Source: Oculina patagonica
Lineage: Eukaryota
Length of the DNA: 64,000 nucleotides
NCBI RefSeq assembly: GCF_052425735.1
Contig: NC_135763.1
Span: 10,788,001-10,852,000 of the forward strand
Direction of reading: 5' to 3'
The notes beneath the pieces were generated by a model, which worked only from the letters and a program-made list of their open reading frames with translations, searched no databases and was not told the origin of the DNA. Positions 1 to 13,850 of this stretch are shown one piece after another. The translations under genes were made by a program, and so were the position numbers. The first letter of the stretch is position 1, and each line of letters begins with the position of its first letter.

Positions 1-1900
1 TTTGATTAATGGTGATAAGGAGAGGAAATCGACCAAGCTCAGCTCTACATGCAACATTAGAAGCCTTATTACTGACTTCAAGATAGCGTTTACAAAACTG
101 TAGATGTTTTCTTTCAATTTGTGAACCATCCCAGGCCTTAAAATCAGATTTTACATAACCACCCCAAATTTCACTATTATAGAGCAGAATTGGAGATATC
201 ATTGCACCAAAGATTTTACAGGCAAGACTGAGAAGGTTTCAATCTACTAAAATTTGTGTGTCGTCTCAAACTAAAAAGTGCATGAAGTCCTTTCTCTTTT
301 AGGTGATCAAGTGAGATTTTAAAATTTCCTGTAGAAAATATTTTGGTTCCTAAATAAGTGTTATCTTGTACAACATCAATTGTTTGATTTCCTATGTAAA
401 ATACATGTTCAGTACATTTTTTCGCACGTTTTTGAAAAACCATTATCTTGGTTTTTTTGGGATTTACGCTCAACATCCACGTGTTGCAGTATGTGTCTAA
501 TGTGTTAAGACAGTTTTGCAAACCTGTTTTGGAACGTGATAAAACAATTAAATCGTCGGCATATAGTAGAGCGTTTAATTTTGTACCGTTTGGTAGGACA
601 AAAGGATCAGACAGAATATTTTCAAATGAGAACGGTAAATCGTTAATATAAAGGTTGAAAAGTAGTGGACTTAAAACGCAACCTTGTCGTACACCTCTCA
701 TATATTGAAAGGGTCGTGTCTGATACTGATCAATTTTTATCGAACAAGAAGACTTAGAATAAAGGCTTTTAATTAAATTGTAGAAGGATCCCCCTAAATT
801 AATTTGCAATAACTTACTTAAAAGCCCATTATGCCAGACTGAGTCGAAAGCTTTTCTAAAATCGACAAAGCAGGCATAAATTTTGCCATTGTGATTATGG
901 ACGTACTTGTCTATCAAAGTTCGGAGTGTGAAAACATGGTCTGCTGTTCGATTGTTAGGCATGAAGCCGATCTGTGACTTGTGTAATATATGATTGGTGT
1001 TGAAATACTCGAGAAGCCTTTGATTTAAAATAGAACAAAACAGTTTACCCAGACAACTCGAAACGCAGATACCACGGTAATTTGACTGATCACTTCTTCC
1101 ACCCGATTTATAAATTGGCGTTATGAAACCACCACACCATGTTTGAGGCATGGAACCTGAATTTAGAACTCCATTGAAAAGTTTGTAATATACGGGCATA
1201 AGGTCGTTGATACTTGCTTTAATCATTTCATTTTTAATTTTATCTGAATAAGAAGATTTGTTGTTCTTTAACTTTTTGGCAGCTTTTCGTATTTCAATTT
1301 CGGTAATCAAGTGATCTAATGGCCGAAATTGTTTTTTCCGGACTTCTTCTTCTTGAAGTTCGTTACATATTTTCTCTTGAATGGGATTAAGTCGATCATT
1401 GGAGTGAAGAGATTCAAAATATCGCAGCCAATTTTCTTCTGACACTAAAGGAGTATCTTCTTTTTTAATAGTGTCATCCATTGATTTTAAACATTTCCAA
1501 AAGTTAGCCGCATCTGAATTGTTAACAGCTTCCTCCAAGTTATGAAGCTTGCTATTGCAATAGTCGTTCTTTTTAGATTTAAGTACGTAAACTTTTGTAT
1601 TGCATTAGAACGACGTGGTAATTTTCACGTAAAATAGAGTTCAGGGGGTCTCTGTGTTTTTGGTTTGCCAATTTCCTCAATTCATGTCTTTTTAATCTAC
1701 ATTCCCGATCAAACCATTTTTTGTTTGACGATGACTGGATACGCTTACGCTGTTTTGTGGTTTTAATCTTTAAACATTGTCTTGCAGTTGTGTTAAAAAT
1801 ATTTTCTACTTTATCAAGGGAAGTGTTAACATCGTTAATATGTGCTCTTTCGTCTATGTAATCTTGTATGAGAGTTTGGATAACTGGAGAGCGTAAAGGT
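1..1900 (-). mobile_element. Decayed non-LTR retrotransposon (LINE) ORF2, reverse transcriptase region; frameshifted, runs off the left edge
   Basis: ORF 216-1538 has RT motifs (YRGICVSSCLGKLF, FVDFRKAFDSV, GVRQGCVLSPLLF, LLYADDL). Coding-like sequence continues in other frames on both sides (WFDREC upstream; NVACRAELGRFPL downstream). Clade not resolved. Confidence 0.9.
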
Positions 1901-1968
1901 TAACTTAACGAGGAGACTACGACCGGAAGGTGTGCATATTTCAGGCTGGAGATGTATTACAGTGCGGC

Positions 1969-3015
1969 TACTGTAACCGGGGTCACCCAGAAAAAGTTAG
2001 CTTCAGCCAATGAAATGTCGAGTACAGAACAAAGAAATTTCAACTTCTTCGTTCGCCACGAAAACAGATCGATACAAACTTTGGCTGTATGGCGGCGCTA
2101 AATTTTCAATTAATTAATTTCAATTGCATCCGTTTTGAACTTAAGTGGTTGTGACAGCAACATTTGGAAGTGGCGATGCCAACATTTTTTTGTCGTTTGA
2201 GAAAATAAAAATAAAATTTCAATTTGTTCACTCGTGAAGCTTATGTTTTTGCGTGTTTATTCAAGCTAGCTGAATTGCCGAAACTTTCGGATGTATACGG
2301 CCGATACGCTTTCGGTGGAACTCAACGATCGGACATCGCAGAAAACTAAATTTATCACGCTGGTAATGTGCTTCGTTGTTTGCAAATACGCCACGCACTT
2401 TGCCTAACCTATGACCGTCGCTTTCACTGGTACGTTATACAGCGCAGAATGTCTTCCTTCGCTAGGATCACGTGTATTTATTTTCCAAATGGTACAGCTA
2501 CCAAAACTTCAGTTGATGCCGTAGAGAAAACTTGAAATTGTTACGAGCGAACTCCTCCACGCACCATTGACACAGACGATACGGTCGTTTCTTTCCCCGT
2601 TTTTACACAGTTTCGAACTTCTATTACATAAACATCGCTAATATTTACCTTCCAAATGTTGCTGTCACAACCACTCAAGTTCAAAACGGATGCAATTGAA
2701 ATTAATTGAATATTCAGCGCCGCCATACAGCCAAAGTTTGTATCGATCTGTTTTGAAGGATGGGCCGATACTCGATACCAAATATTCGATACACCGATAA
2801 TTTGACAATTTTGAAAAGTATCGATACTTTCGAAAAATATCGCACTTTCGATACGTTTTCGATACTGCACACGTGACCTGTGGCGAACGAAGAAGTTGAA
2901 ATTTCTTTGTTCTGTACTCGACATTTCATTGGCTGAAGCTAAAAATGTAGAAATCTTTTGTTTCAGTTCTGCTTTGTGATTGGTTAACTTTGTCTGGGTG
3001 ACCCCAGTTACTGTA
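1969..3015. mobile_element. Foldback/MITE-like element with long imperfect inverted arms
   Basis: 1969-2170 (actgtaaccggggtcacccaga...agcttcagccaatgaaatgtcgag...catttggaag) is the reverse complement of blocks at 2649-2752, 2880-2940 and 2985-3015; the left arm has internal deletions. Confidence 0.7.
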
Positions 3016-3134
3016 AAGGGTAGGAATTTCATGGAAAATATCGACGGCAAACTGATCCTGACGGCTAAAGGGGTCAAAAATAAAAAAAGTGGATAAAAAG
3101 AAAAAAAAAAAAAAATATAAAAAAAATTTTAAAA

Positions 3135-3290
3135 NNNNNNNNNNNNNNNNNNNNNNNNNNNNNNNNNNNNNNNNNNNNNNNNNNNNNNNNNNNNNNNNNN
3201 NNNNNNNNNNNNNNNNNNNNNNNNNNNNNNNNNNNNNNNNNNNNNNNNNNNNNNNNNNNNNNNNNNNNNNNNNNNNNNNNNNNNNNNNNN
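3135..3290. other. Assembly gap (N run)
   Basis: 156 N bases flanked by low-quality A/T-rich sequence. Confidence 1.
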
Positions 3291-4437
3291 ATTTTTTTAG
3301 GAATTTCATGGGCTGGAGTATGGAAAGGGTAGGGAAAACTGTCTTTTAGGTATTTATAAAAGGGTCTTTCAAATACTGTGAACAGACCTACGGAACACTT
3401 GATCCATCCACAGTATTCTGGTTTTTCACACACACTGAAAGGTTTAGAAAATAGATGTTGTTTCCTCACTGTAGGTATCCCGATGGGAGAAGAGTTCAGG
3501 ATCTGCGATCAGGAGAATTTTTTCATCATCATCATCATCATTTATTTGCCTCTTTAGATTCGCCTCTTTTTGGTTATAAAAAGCGCGCAAAAAATGGCCC
3601 GACCGAAGTTTATCATTAATAGCCCTTCGGTCAGTCAATAAAACGTGCCACAGTCTGTATTATTCATTTTCCGTTCTCTGATATGATTTTGTCGATGTTC
3701 CTTGTTAACTGAGGTAAATTCTGCATTGGGAAACAGTGTCCCATGGCCGACTTGAGCTTATTCCGGTTTCCGTAGCATTTCAATTATTGTAGTATTTTAA
3801 TAATGGCTGGTGCCCATTTATACACCTGGGAGGAGACAGGCACTGTGAAGATAAAGGACATAAAGTGGCCATGCAAGAACACCCTTGAGTGCAACAATGT
3901 TCGCGTTGAAATACACCTTGCGGACACTCCACTATTACGCACACTCGACTCGCTATTACGGACAAGATCCAGTTCCCCAGCAAAAGCTATACTATGAGGT
4001 TTGACTGGAAATCACTCCCGCTATTACGGAGTCTTGTTATAATACGGGCACTAAACGACGACCCGAGCCTGTGCGCTGTAACGATAGTTGACTGACTTGA
4101 CTGTACATATTTAATACACATGGGAGCGTTTTGCACGCATCCAAATAGAAATGTACAGAACCAGTACGGAACGAAAATCGACTGTGAGCAGTTTTTCTTT
4201 TGATTTAAAATCCAAAAAAACGGTACGGAACGGAACTAGTGAGACTAGCCTCGGACGCAGAGGTTATTTTGTTCGTCACGCAATCGTTGGGGAGAAAGGT
4301 TGCGTGACGAGCCAGAAAGGACAGCGGTTTTGTACAAAGTATGTCATGCAATACCATTTCTTTGTCGTGGGCGGCCATCAGCTCTTCCTTAGCTTCTGTC
4401 GCTGTTCTGTAGATTGGAATCAATCCACACTGCATCC

Positions 4438-7400
4438 ATGGGTCGACTAGCTGTATTTGCAGCGTTTTTTCTCGTCACCGTACTAGCATCGCATGTCCTT
4501 AAAACGCTGTAAGTCAGGTGTTGCTGTAAATACGTAAAAACCCCGTGTTCTGAGTTGAATTAATTATGCAGCGACTCAACTGATGCATAAATGTCAGACA
4601 ATGATTTCCTTTCATTATTCAGAATTTTGGTCGGGTTTTTCACTCATGTCGTGGATCACGCACCCGGACCATGCAGAATAATAAAAGGTAAGTTAGTTAT
4701 TATATTAGTACGTTTCGATTCTAGGAATCTGGCTTTGCGTGTTCTCAAGGACCATAAGCTACTGGGCTTTTGTCACAGTTGATTGCTTGCATGCACAGTT
4801 GCATGCACATAGAACACGGATGGCTTTTGTTTAATTGAAGGCTTTCAGTGACAACTGTTTTTGTTTCTGCACAATCACTAAAATTTTCGCAGACAGGAAA
4901 TGAAAAACTAAAAAAAACTTCGTGTTAGATAAATATAATACATCTACCCGTTATGGTAATCAAACGCCTAATCAATCTTGCGTTATCGAATTTTTGCGAC
5001 CAGCGAACAAGCACCAGCGCAGTTCGCTGGAGCAACTCTAATGTTGGTGAGGAAAGATTGCTTTGACGCTGACTAGCGATTGCGTTATATACTCCTAAAA
5101 TTCGCGGGCGCTTGTATTGTTCTCGAGCTATATTTGGCATTTAGCACGTGAACAAATGTTCCTGCTCATATGATTTTAATTAAATTAATCCATATTTTGT
5201 GCAGCGAAACATGCGTTCAATAATTCCATATTCCTTATGTGGCGTGTTCGTACGTGCCCGTGTTTTCACGATGTCAACATGTTTTCACATCGCCCATGAG
5301 TTTTCTGAGCGGTCAGTGTAAAACGAAGACTAAAATGCAGATTGAGGGTAAAATGAAGACTGCAGACCGGAAGAAAAATGCAGACAGAGGGTAAAGTAAC
5401 GAAATACGAGTCACAAAGCCTTCCGCCGACTCCAAAGTTCGAAGAAATGTATGTCAGATTACGTTTCGCATGAGCGAACACGTGAATGGACTGGCGGTTT
5501 TAAAATGTTTATATGCATATGCCGACGCAAAATGTGTTCAATTTTTTACTTTTAATACGGACTTGACCTTGTGAGACTTCAAGTCTTCGTCACCAGTAAA
5601 CTGGATGAAACTGAACGGTTAACAGCCCTTTCAGCTGTGCCCTTTCGGAAATCATTTTTTTACGCACACGAACTCATTGAAACTCATGTCATTTGTTTCA
5701 TCGCTCCTTGTGTTGCAGCCGGACGTGTCACGAAATCCTCGATCGTCTGCAGTTCGCAACGCAAGCAAGCAAGTTAACCGCTCTCTATAAACATAAAAGT
5801 GTTGTACCTTTTATTTTTTTAAATAGAGTTTTATTACGACGGTTAGCGAAGCAAAGCCATTATTTATAACTTTACTGCGGAAGCGTTTAATCTGCGCCAG
5901 CTGTTGCGGTGGAGTAATTTGATCGCTGAACGTGACCTTGCTGTGTCGGCATGGTATAAAAGAGAATTATTTTTCTAAATTATCCTTAAACCGTCCAGTT
6001 AAATGAGTTAAATCGGGTTTTTAAACGAATCAAAAAGTTAATTTGATAGCTTTTGATCAAATTATCTATTTTGTATGACATTTATCACCACTTCATTTTC
6101 ATGATAACTCATGCGAAGCGTTGTCTGGCGTACATTTCTTTGAAATTTGGAGCAGCTAGCCGGCAGGGAAAAATGGCTTTGTGACTCATATTTCGTTACT
6201 TTACCCTCGGTCTGTATTTTTCCCCTGGTCTGCAGTCTGTATTTTACACTGACCGGATTGAAAAACAATAATTCACATAAAACATAACTCATTTCTAGAA
6301 TTCACATTCCTGTAGTTTCTTTTATTTTACAACATTTTTAAAAGATAATTCTATACAAAATACACATGGTCGCACTACTTAACGTATCGTTATTACTAGT
6401 TGTATTAATTAAAACATCGGTCAGAACAAAACATGGACTGCGAACTGCGAACTGCGGACTGCGGACTGCGGACTGCGGACTACGGACTACGGACTGCGGA
6501 CTACGGACTGGGTAACAAACACGAACTGAGGTATAAAACGTGGACTAAGGCTAATAATAACCGCTATAAATGCGAACTTTTATCCAGTTATTTCAGAGAT
6601 TGCTAACAGCAACTGTAGGACTTCTTTTGAGATTCAGATCGTTCAGTTTTAGGGGTTTACCCCGTGGCATGCTTTTATGCACCCAAAAATTCAGTCACGC
6701 AAATTTCCATCCGAAAACATGCCCTCCCCTCCCCGTATATCCCCCCCCCCCCCCACAACGTATTTAAGCCCTCCCCAAAAATAAGCCAACCTAAATGCGA
6801 GGTTAGCCCAGGGCGTTTGTTTTGATAGCCCCAGCCAAAAATTAACCTTAAACCTAGAAATTAACTCAAGCCCAAACCCTAAAACTGACTCTATTTCTGG
6901 AAACTAACCGTTGTAAGCTAAAAACTAATCTTAGTATACAGTCTGCATCTGACCGAATGATAACTGAATTAAACTTTCTAAAAAAATTAATCCTGTGTCC
7001 TGTTACTATCTTTCAGTGAATGGTTCCGAGGATCTCACTCTCCTTCCTGATGGACTGGTTTTTGTGTCGTCTGTGAGTGTTTTTCATTATTCGCTGCACC
7101 TTTCAATAGCACGCGAACTCCGTACACTCAACGTTTGCGCTTTTCGCTGCCGAACACACGGGAACCTTTTTGGGGAACAAGGGAACACATGGGATTTTTT
7201 GGGGGGGAGCAAGGGAACATGGACCCCCCTTCGTTTTGGTCCTCTAGGCGCATTTTGTGTGTGTGAACGAAGGTTAAGTCACAATTTAAGCACCGTTAAG
7301 GGTTTTGAGTACAAAATGCAACAAAAGCCTTGTTAGTTCTCCTGTAATTTATGGTTATTAATTATTAGTAATTTATTATTACACCACAAACTGGTGGTCG

Positions 7401-8428
7401 ACAAGGTTAATTAGAGTTCTTGCAACGGTGCCGACTAAGGACCTTATAGACTCTTGGCCAAACACGACAAATTCAGAGTCTCCAACAATGCTATATTTAC
7501 TGCAATATTATATTGAGATTTAGAGCAGTTTTTAATTGAGTGTCGTAAAACCAAAATCAAAGTATCCACTCTGCCCAATCGCAAAGGGCGCAAACAATCC
7601 AGTGAATCAATGAAAACTCGAAGCAAATACATGTAGTCGGCACGAAGGGCGGGAAAACGAGCGAACGAGTCACGAGTGGATTTGGTTTTACTTCTGATCG
7701 GCTGAGAAAGTGGCGCGAGTTTTTTAAACCAATCACTAAGCGTAGTATAGTAGTGCAAAACCAAAGCAAGCGCGAATTACTTTCGGCACTCAAGTGAAAA
7801 CTGCTCTTTTAATTGTGAGTTTTTCTTTCTGCTTATCAAACAGGGGCTTCGCTACAAACTTGGCATGTCGTACGACCCAGTGCTTGATACACGAGACAGT
7901 AAACTGATGACATTCGACATGAACAAACCCAGTCAAGATCCAGTTGAATTAACACTGAAGAACTTTAATCGCACGGGATTCAACCCGCACGGGATCAGTG
8001 TGTATCGGGATCCATCCTCGGGTACGGTGTCGCTGTTTGTGGTGAATCACCGACCAGACGCTCAAGCCATTGAAATATTCGACTTCGAGCGAGACACGCA
8101 TTCATTAATTCATCGCCGCTCCGTGGTCGACGAGTTGATTTGGAGTCCAAATAACCTACACGCAGTGGGTAAGTAACAATGTATTTTTGATACTCCTTTT
8201 AATGCGAACGACCGACCCATTCAACCACCTTCCCACCCAACCTTCCCACAAACCCTACTCCCATCCCGCATACCCACCATGCCACCCTTGCCTAGTTCCC
8301 ATCCACTAGCTTTCCATTCTCAACCCACGTCAGTCACATACTAACTCACATCGGACCTTTACATTGCTTTAGCTAATTACAGAAAATGTAAATGTTCAGA
8401 ATGTATGTAATGCTGTGTCAATAAAGAT

Positions 8429-8465
<37 letters not shown>

Positions 8466-11400
8466 ACATCGGACCAATCGCTCGTGAAATTTTGCTGGGA
8501 CTGATTTGTTATTTCAAACTTTCAGCTGTGTAAGCACGCTCTTAAAGTCTTGCATAGCACTGCATAACCAAAGTTTTCCTGCCTGTAAAACGTGTTTCGT
8601 TGACAAATTGTTGAATAATAACAAAATCATCCTGCTCAATCTTGCGGAATATCGCTTGATTTTAGCTGACTCGGCCAACGGCCTTGTCGGCTACTTAGTA
8701 TCAGGTGATGTTCCTCGCGATTTCGCACGATAATTGTTTTAAAGTATCATGTACGCGCGCGATGGCTCAGCTAGACTTACCAAAAATAAGACGAAGGACT
8801 TTATTGAAAATCTATTACTCAGCCAATCAGATTTAAAAATGTGCATTAGTAGAACTCTACTTAAATCTGAAGTTCTCTAATGTTTTTTTTTTTCATGCCA
8901 ACAAACTGCATTTGCGGCACTGATAAAACTACCAATACCTGTACCTTTTTTTATTGATAGACCCACTGGGCTATGTTCACGCACCCCCCCCCCCTCACCC
9001 CCCTGGCTTAACCCTGGTTCTCGATGTATTGCAAAAAATGCATAATGTCACTTTCAATGGTTTTCTTTTTTCTCTTTCTCGCAGGTCCTGATAGTTTCTA
9101 CGTCACAAACGACAATTACTTCCATTATGACAGCACCCTTCTGAGGGTTCTCCACAGTTTTTTTCTACATCAATGGCACCAGGACAACATTGTGTTTTAT
9201 GACGGATTTAAGGCCATTGAAGCGATAGGGGGGATTGATACCAATGGTATTACCATGGATAAAGACGAAAGGTTGGAGTTCCTCGATTATGTAGTCATTT
9301 TTCCTCGGTTATGTAGTCAAAGACACGATGTGGAGGCAGCGTGGCCGAGTGGTTAGAGCGCCGGACTTGAAATCTGGAGGTCCCCGGTTCAAGTTCCGTT
9401 CTGACCACTATCTGGATTTGTTCTCGGTCGTCCCGAGTTCAAATCCTCGGTCATGCTTGTAAATAGCCAACTGGTCTGTCTCCTGCCAGTTGGGATTTTT
9501 AATCATGTTATGTTTATTTAATATATTATATTTGTTTCATATACACGGCCCCACAAGCTTCTATCTTTAAACACAAACCGTGTATAAATAAAGTTGCTTT
9601 AGCTTTTTACCTTAAATTGGACCTGTCTAATTCTAGCCCAGTTGGATGTTGTATACAGTTAGGCTACTTTTAGCTCGAACTCGGAAGTTACAGGATAGAG
9701 TACGCATTTTCAAGGTCGTGCAAATGGAAAAGAGTTTTTGGCAGTAGCATCCGGTTTCCATAGTAATAGGCGTGCTTGTATTTCTCAGTTCCCCCCCCCC
9801 CCCCCCCCACATTCCAGGGTTTTGTCAGATTGCCAACGCTGCCTATTTATATTTTTCGATGTTTATAAGCAATGTGAGAGCAAAATGTCAGACATAACAC
9901 AGCCAAGTCTCGAACTAGAGACCGAAAGGCTAACAGTAATGTCACCGCGTCACAATGAACGTTTAATAATAGCTTTTTTTAATAACTTTAATAACTTTTA
10001 GTTTTGCTATGTTAATTTAATTCCGTTGCTATTTATTCAGACTCTCTCACTTGGTAAGTTTAATAACTTAGGTTATTTGTCGGTTAAAGGGATTTTGGTC
10101 TAAACTATTCTGAAATTAGTGTTAGGCAACTGAACCCTAAATAAACATTTTCTATAAACATTTAAAGGAATATATAACCTGAATTTGCGGATAGAAATCA
10201 AGCTACGGCTATAAATATCCATATTTCGAAGACGCGCGGAAACAACTTGAAAACGTTAGCCTAACTTTTTCAAGTTGCAATACGTTTCCATCCGAGCCAT
10301 CTGCAACCAAAGATGCTCGTTAACAGTTATAGTGCTCTAATATAACATATTTTTGTAAAAATGGACTGTTATTGTTAGGTTTCCTGCGACACAAATATAA
10401 TATTGGCGGCTCAAATATCTGGTTAAATCCGTGACACAGTTCCTTTGAAGAGTCAGTTCAATTTTCAGCCTGTCATCACATGCACTAGTTTTACGATAGG
10501 CAATCTGTACCTTGTTAACGGAGTGTTATTTCTGTCGGGGGAGTAAGTGCCAGTTTTGGCCAATCTTCGTTGAAGCACTCGAAAAATTCCCGAATTACTT
10601 CATCCAATCAAAAACTAGCGCGAGCGCTCACGAGTTCTCCGAAAGCCGTCGCGCGTATTTCGCGCGTAAAAATACGTCATGTTGTTAAGCAGCTTCCGTG
10701 ACGAAAACCGCGGGCTCAGTCACTTCTCGGAGAAGTGATGTCGCCATTAACTGGCACTTGTTCCCTCGACTGATTTCAGGCACAGGCGAATTCACATTCC
10801 TTACTGCTCGTTTTGTCTGATTCCTCACAGGTTTGTTTTTGCATCCGCTGGTCTTAACCTTGGTGTCGCAGTCTACAGACGTCTTAAGGACAACACGTTA
10901 GAAGCGTCACAGGTTGTTCAATATATACTGTTTTTGCCGACCGTTCTAGTAACAATATATATCCTGTCTCCCGTCTCCGGGGTGGGTGGGGGTCCTCGCT
11001 GAAGTGGACTAAACGGGAGGTTCTGGTCGCCCAAAAGGGGTACCTTTTTCAGTCTGTAGCAGTATAAAAGAGTAGAGGGAAATGGCATTTAGGTATTTAA
11101 AAGGGCCTTTGAAAATAACTTACACAGACGCACCGAAGTGTAAGGGGTTTATCAACTTAAAAATTAAAAGAAACAAGTGGTCGTATCCCTTCGGTAGGTA
11201 TTTGGAAAGGATACGATTTTCTATCGAAGGTTTATGAAAGGGTATATAACCATTTCTGTCAAAAAAGTTCTTGACATGGTACAGTTTTTGCCCTCTGGAG
11301 AAGCTCCCGTGTAAAACATTTTTTAGGAGAGATCTATTTTTTTCTCAAGCTGAAAGTGTGATTAGTTTAGCTGGAGAAATTTCTAGTAGAACATGCTTTT

Positions 11401-11801
11401 CACGATCGATGGCTCGCTCAGCAAGCATATTTACTTCCTTTCTAAATCTTACCAAGTTTCCTTTCTTGTTTAAACAGATGATCAAAGTTGGTTCTTTTGT
11501 TGACAACATCAACGTTGATCCTGTGACGGGAAATCTCTGGGTAGCGGGAATCCCGAGACCCCTGGATATAACAGCTCACTCACAAAATGTCAGTCATCTT
11601 AGTCCCTCGCAAGTCCTCTCGGTGCAGCTGGGACAGCCGTCCACATCCGGGATAGCTTTCCCTGATTACAAGGTTCGCGAAGTGTACATGAACGATGGGC
11701 GGGAACTGACGGGTGCCACGTCTGCGATTGTTTATAAGGATCGTCTGCTTATTGGCTCTTTATACAGTAACATGCTGTATTGTGAGGTGAAGTTCTACTG
11801 A
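4438..11801 (+). CDS. PON: Paraoxonase/arylesterase (PON family lactonase) paralogue A, 7 exons, 369 aa
   Basis: Exons 4438-4508, 4623-4687, 7017-7072, 7844-8168, 9085-9271, 10831-10912, 11478-11801; all GT-AG, phases consistent, 1110 nt. Hydrophobic N-terminus; motifs GPC, NGSED, FNPHGIS, VVNH, SPNN, FYVTND, NGI, VDNINVDP, LYCEV match the PON six-bladed propeller. Confidence 0.95.
6437..6510. repeat. Heptamer tandem repeat (GCGGACT/ACGGACT)n
   Basis: About 10 visible units in PON-A intron 2. Confidence 0.9.
7521..7807. mobile_element. MITE (AGAGCAGTTTT...AAAACTGCTCT family) in PON-A intron 3
   Basis: Terminal inverted repeats. The same family lies at 52334-52616, and partial copies sit at the equivalent position in PON-B (~15430-15700) and PON-C (~27461-27610). 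Confidence 0.85.
8358..8460 (+). mobile_element. 5'-truncated retro-insertion (AATAAA + poly-A) with 15-bp target-site duplication
   Basis: AACTCACATCGGACC at 8343-8357 and 8461-8475 flanks ~75 nt plus a ~28-nt poly-A tail preceded by AATAAA. Confidence 0.9.
9332..9600 (+). mobile_element. tRNA-derived SINE in PON-A intron 5
   Basis: A-box TGGCCGAGTGG, B-box GGTTCAAGTTCC, tRNA-like head with no proper acceptor stem, followed by a non-tRNA body and an AT-rich tail; absent at the equivalent position of PON-B. Confidence 0.85.
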
Positions 11802-13639
11802 TCCGCTGACAAACAAGATATGTAAACGTTATACTGTACTGTTGTAAGTTGTGTGAGTACTTGAATCACATATTGCTATAGCTTTAAGCACCTCCGTGAA
11901 TGATCTTATACCCAGTTGTAGTCAATATCTGTCTTCAAGAGCCTACAGTTAATTCTGGAAATCAGCGCAACCTACAGACTATTCACTATTCTGCTAGCAG
12001 ATAAGTGAATTATCTGTAGGTTGCGCGCGCAATGCATGATTTTCAAAGGAATTCCAAGTTCACGTTCCAAGTTCCAAGTTCAAGTTTTAAGTTCAGGTGT
12101 GGTGACCACACGTAAACTTTAAGTTGCAAACAGTAAAAACATGGCTCGTCGATTCGCTTCGACGCATTGTGAGCTATTGAGATGTGTGTTAAGATTTTGA
12201 CTGTTCTCCTTTTTATAGTTGTGGAAATCGTGTTATTTGTCAAAGAAATAAACGTTTGAACGGCATGCACGAAAGCATCGTAAATGTTGTTGTTTTTGTG
12301 TCTGCGAAAGCGTGAGCCCCATAGACGTAATGCAAAAATGGTTGTCATCCATTTGTCTTGTTTGGTCGAGTTTCTAAAAACGCTGATGCTGACACTTGAA
12401 AATAATGGAATAATATGCTACAATTAGAAGTCTTAATGTTTTTGATTAAAAGCCCGCAGATTTGTGACTCATTCAACTTTGAGAAATTTGTTTGGAAAAA
12501 GCCACCCTGGTCTGCCTAGCCGCATTTTCATGCTTTGGCCATGCTCTGAATATAAACAGATTTAATAAATATAGACATATTAAATTAAATGAGTGAAAAG
12601 TGTTTGCATACATATACGAGGATTGAATTGTATTAATATGAAAGAATATTACATAAATATAAATACTGAATTGAGTGAATATAAAATATTAAATAAATAT
12701 TAAATTGAATGAATATGAAAATCATAAATATGATAAATTGAATAAATATAAAAATATTGAATATTGCTACAGTCGGCTTGCCATATTGGGGTCTATGCAG
12801 CGCCTTGTCACCGATTTGTCCCACGTAAAAATCACCTCGCACGCAGAGACGCAACGCGCGGATGAAAAGAATCAGTTCGCTTGCGTTTGCGTGTCCACAG
12901 ACTTGCCCAACCCAGAGAGAGAGAAAGAGAGGAGGGGAGGGGGTTGGGCTACTTGTAGATTAACGGTATGCTGAAAGTTGCGAGCCATTTAAGGCAGCTT
13001 ATTTATCGTGTACCTGAATTGCCAAAATTAAAGTCGTATCATGATGTGCTGGTAGTTATCAAAAAATGGGGGGGGGACCGGCGGTACCACCGAAAGCTAA
13101 AGTCGTAAGTGGTTTAACAGGTTATAATGTTGCTATGGTAACCACTAATGTCAAGGAAATGGTCACAACTTGTTGACCAATGATTGGGCATTTGTTTTCA
13201 TAGTATTACTCTTATAGCAGTTGACAAAGAGTTGTAGTACAGACCCATGAAATAAAAAGGTCTGGAAAATACTGAAAACCGTTATCAGTCAACAAGGCTT
13301 AATTTCCATCGAAGGCACATAAAAAGGTTACCTTTACTTTCGGCAATGGTCTATAAATGGGTAAGGGTTAAGGGTCTGCGCCTTGGGCCCGAAAGAAACC
13401 TTCCGTATAAAACGTTTTTGTGTAGCCCCCACCCCCCCCCCCCCCCAGATCTGCGACTTGGAGAGCCACTGAGAATTTCTCCGCGCACCTATTGTCTTTT
13501 TGCTCTTAAAAAAATTGGCCTGTTCGGAGTTTAGAAGTCAGTCAGTAAACCTTGCCAGGGTCTGCAGTATTCATTTTCCGTACTCTGATATAATTTCGCC
13601 ATTGTCCAGATCCAAGGTAAATTCCGTATCGAGCCAAAG

Positions 13640-13716
13640 TATCCCATATCCCGTATCCCGAATCCCGTATACCATATCCCATATCCCCGTATCCCATATC
13701 CCGTATCCCGTATCCC
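13640..13716. repeat. Heptamer tandem repeat (ATCCCGT/ATCCCAT)n
   Basis: About 10 degenerate units. Confidence 0.85.
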
Positions 13717-13850
13717 AGTCAGCTGGAGCTGTAAATCCCTCCCTTGAACGGGTATGCTGGTAAATCGCAGGGCTATCTTCAGGACAGTATCTGTGAGGAT
13801 AAATTGTCTTTCCCAGACCAAGAACACAACGTAAGTATCCCTTAAGCATA

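Noticed and set aside
2926-3469. ORFs spanning the N run
   Set aside because: Artefacts of the assembly gap.
9332-9407. tRNA-Ser(TGA)-like gene
   Set aside because: A and B boxes are present, but the acceptor stem does not pair, there is no long variable arm, and it continues into a SINE body.
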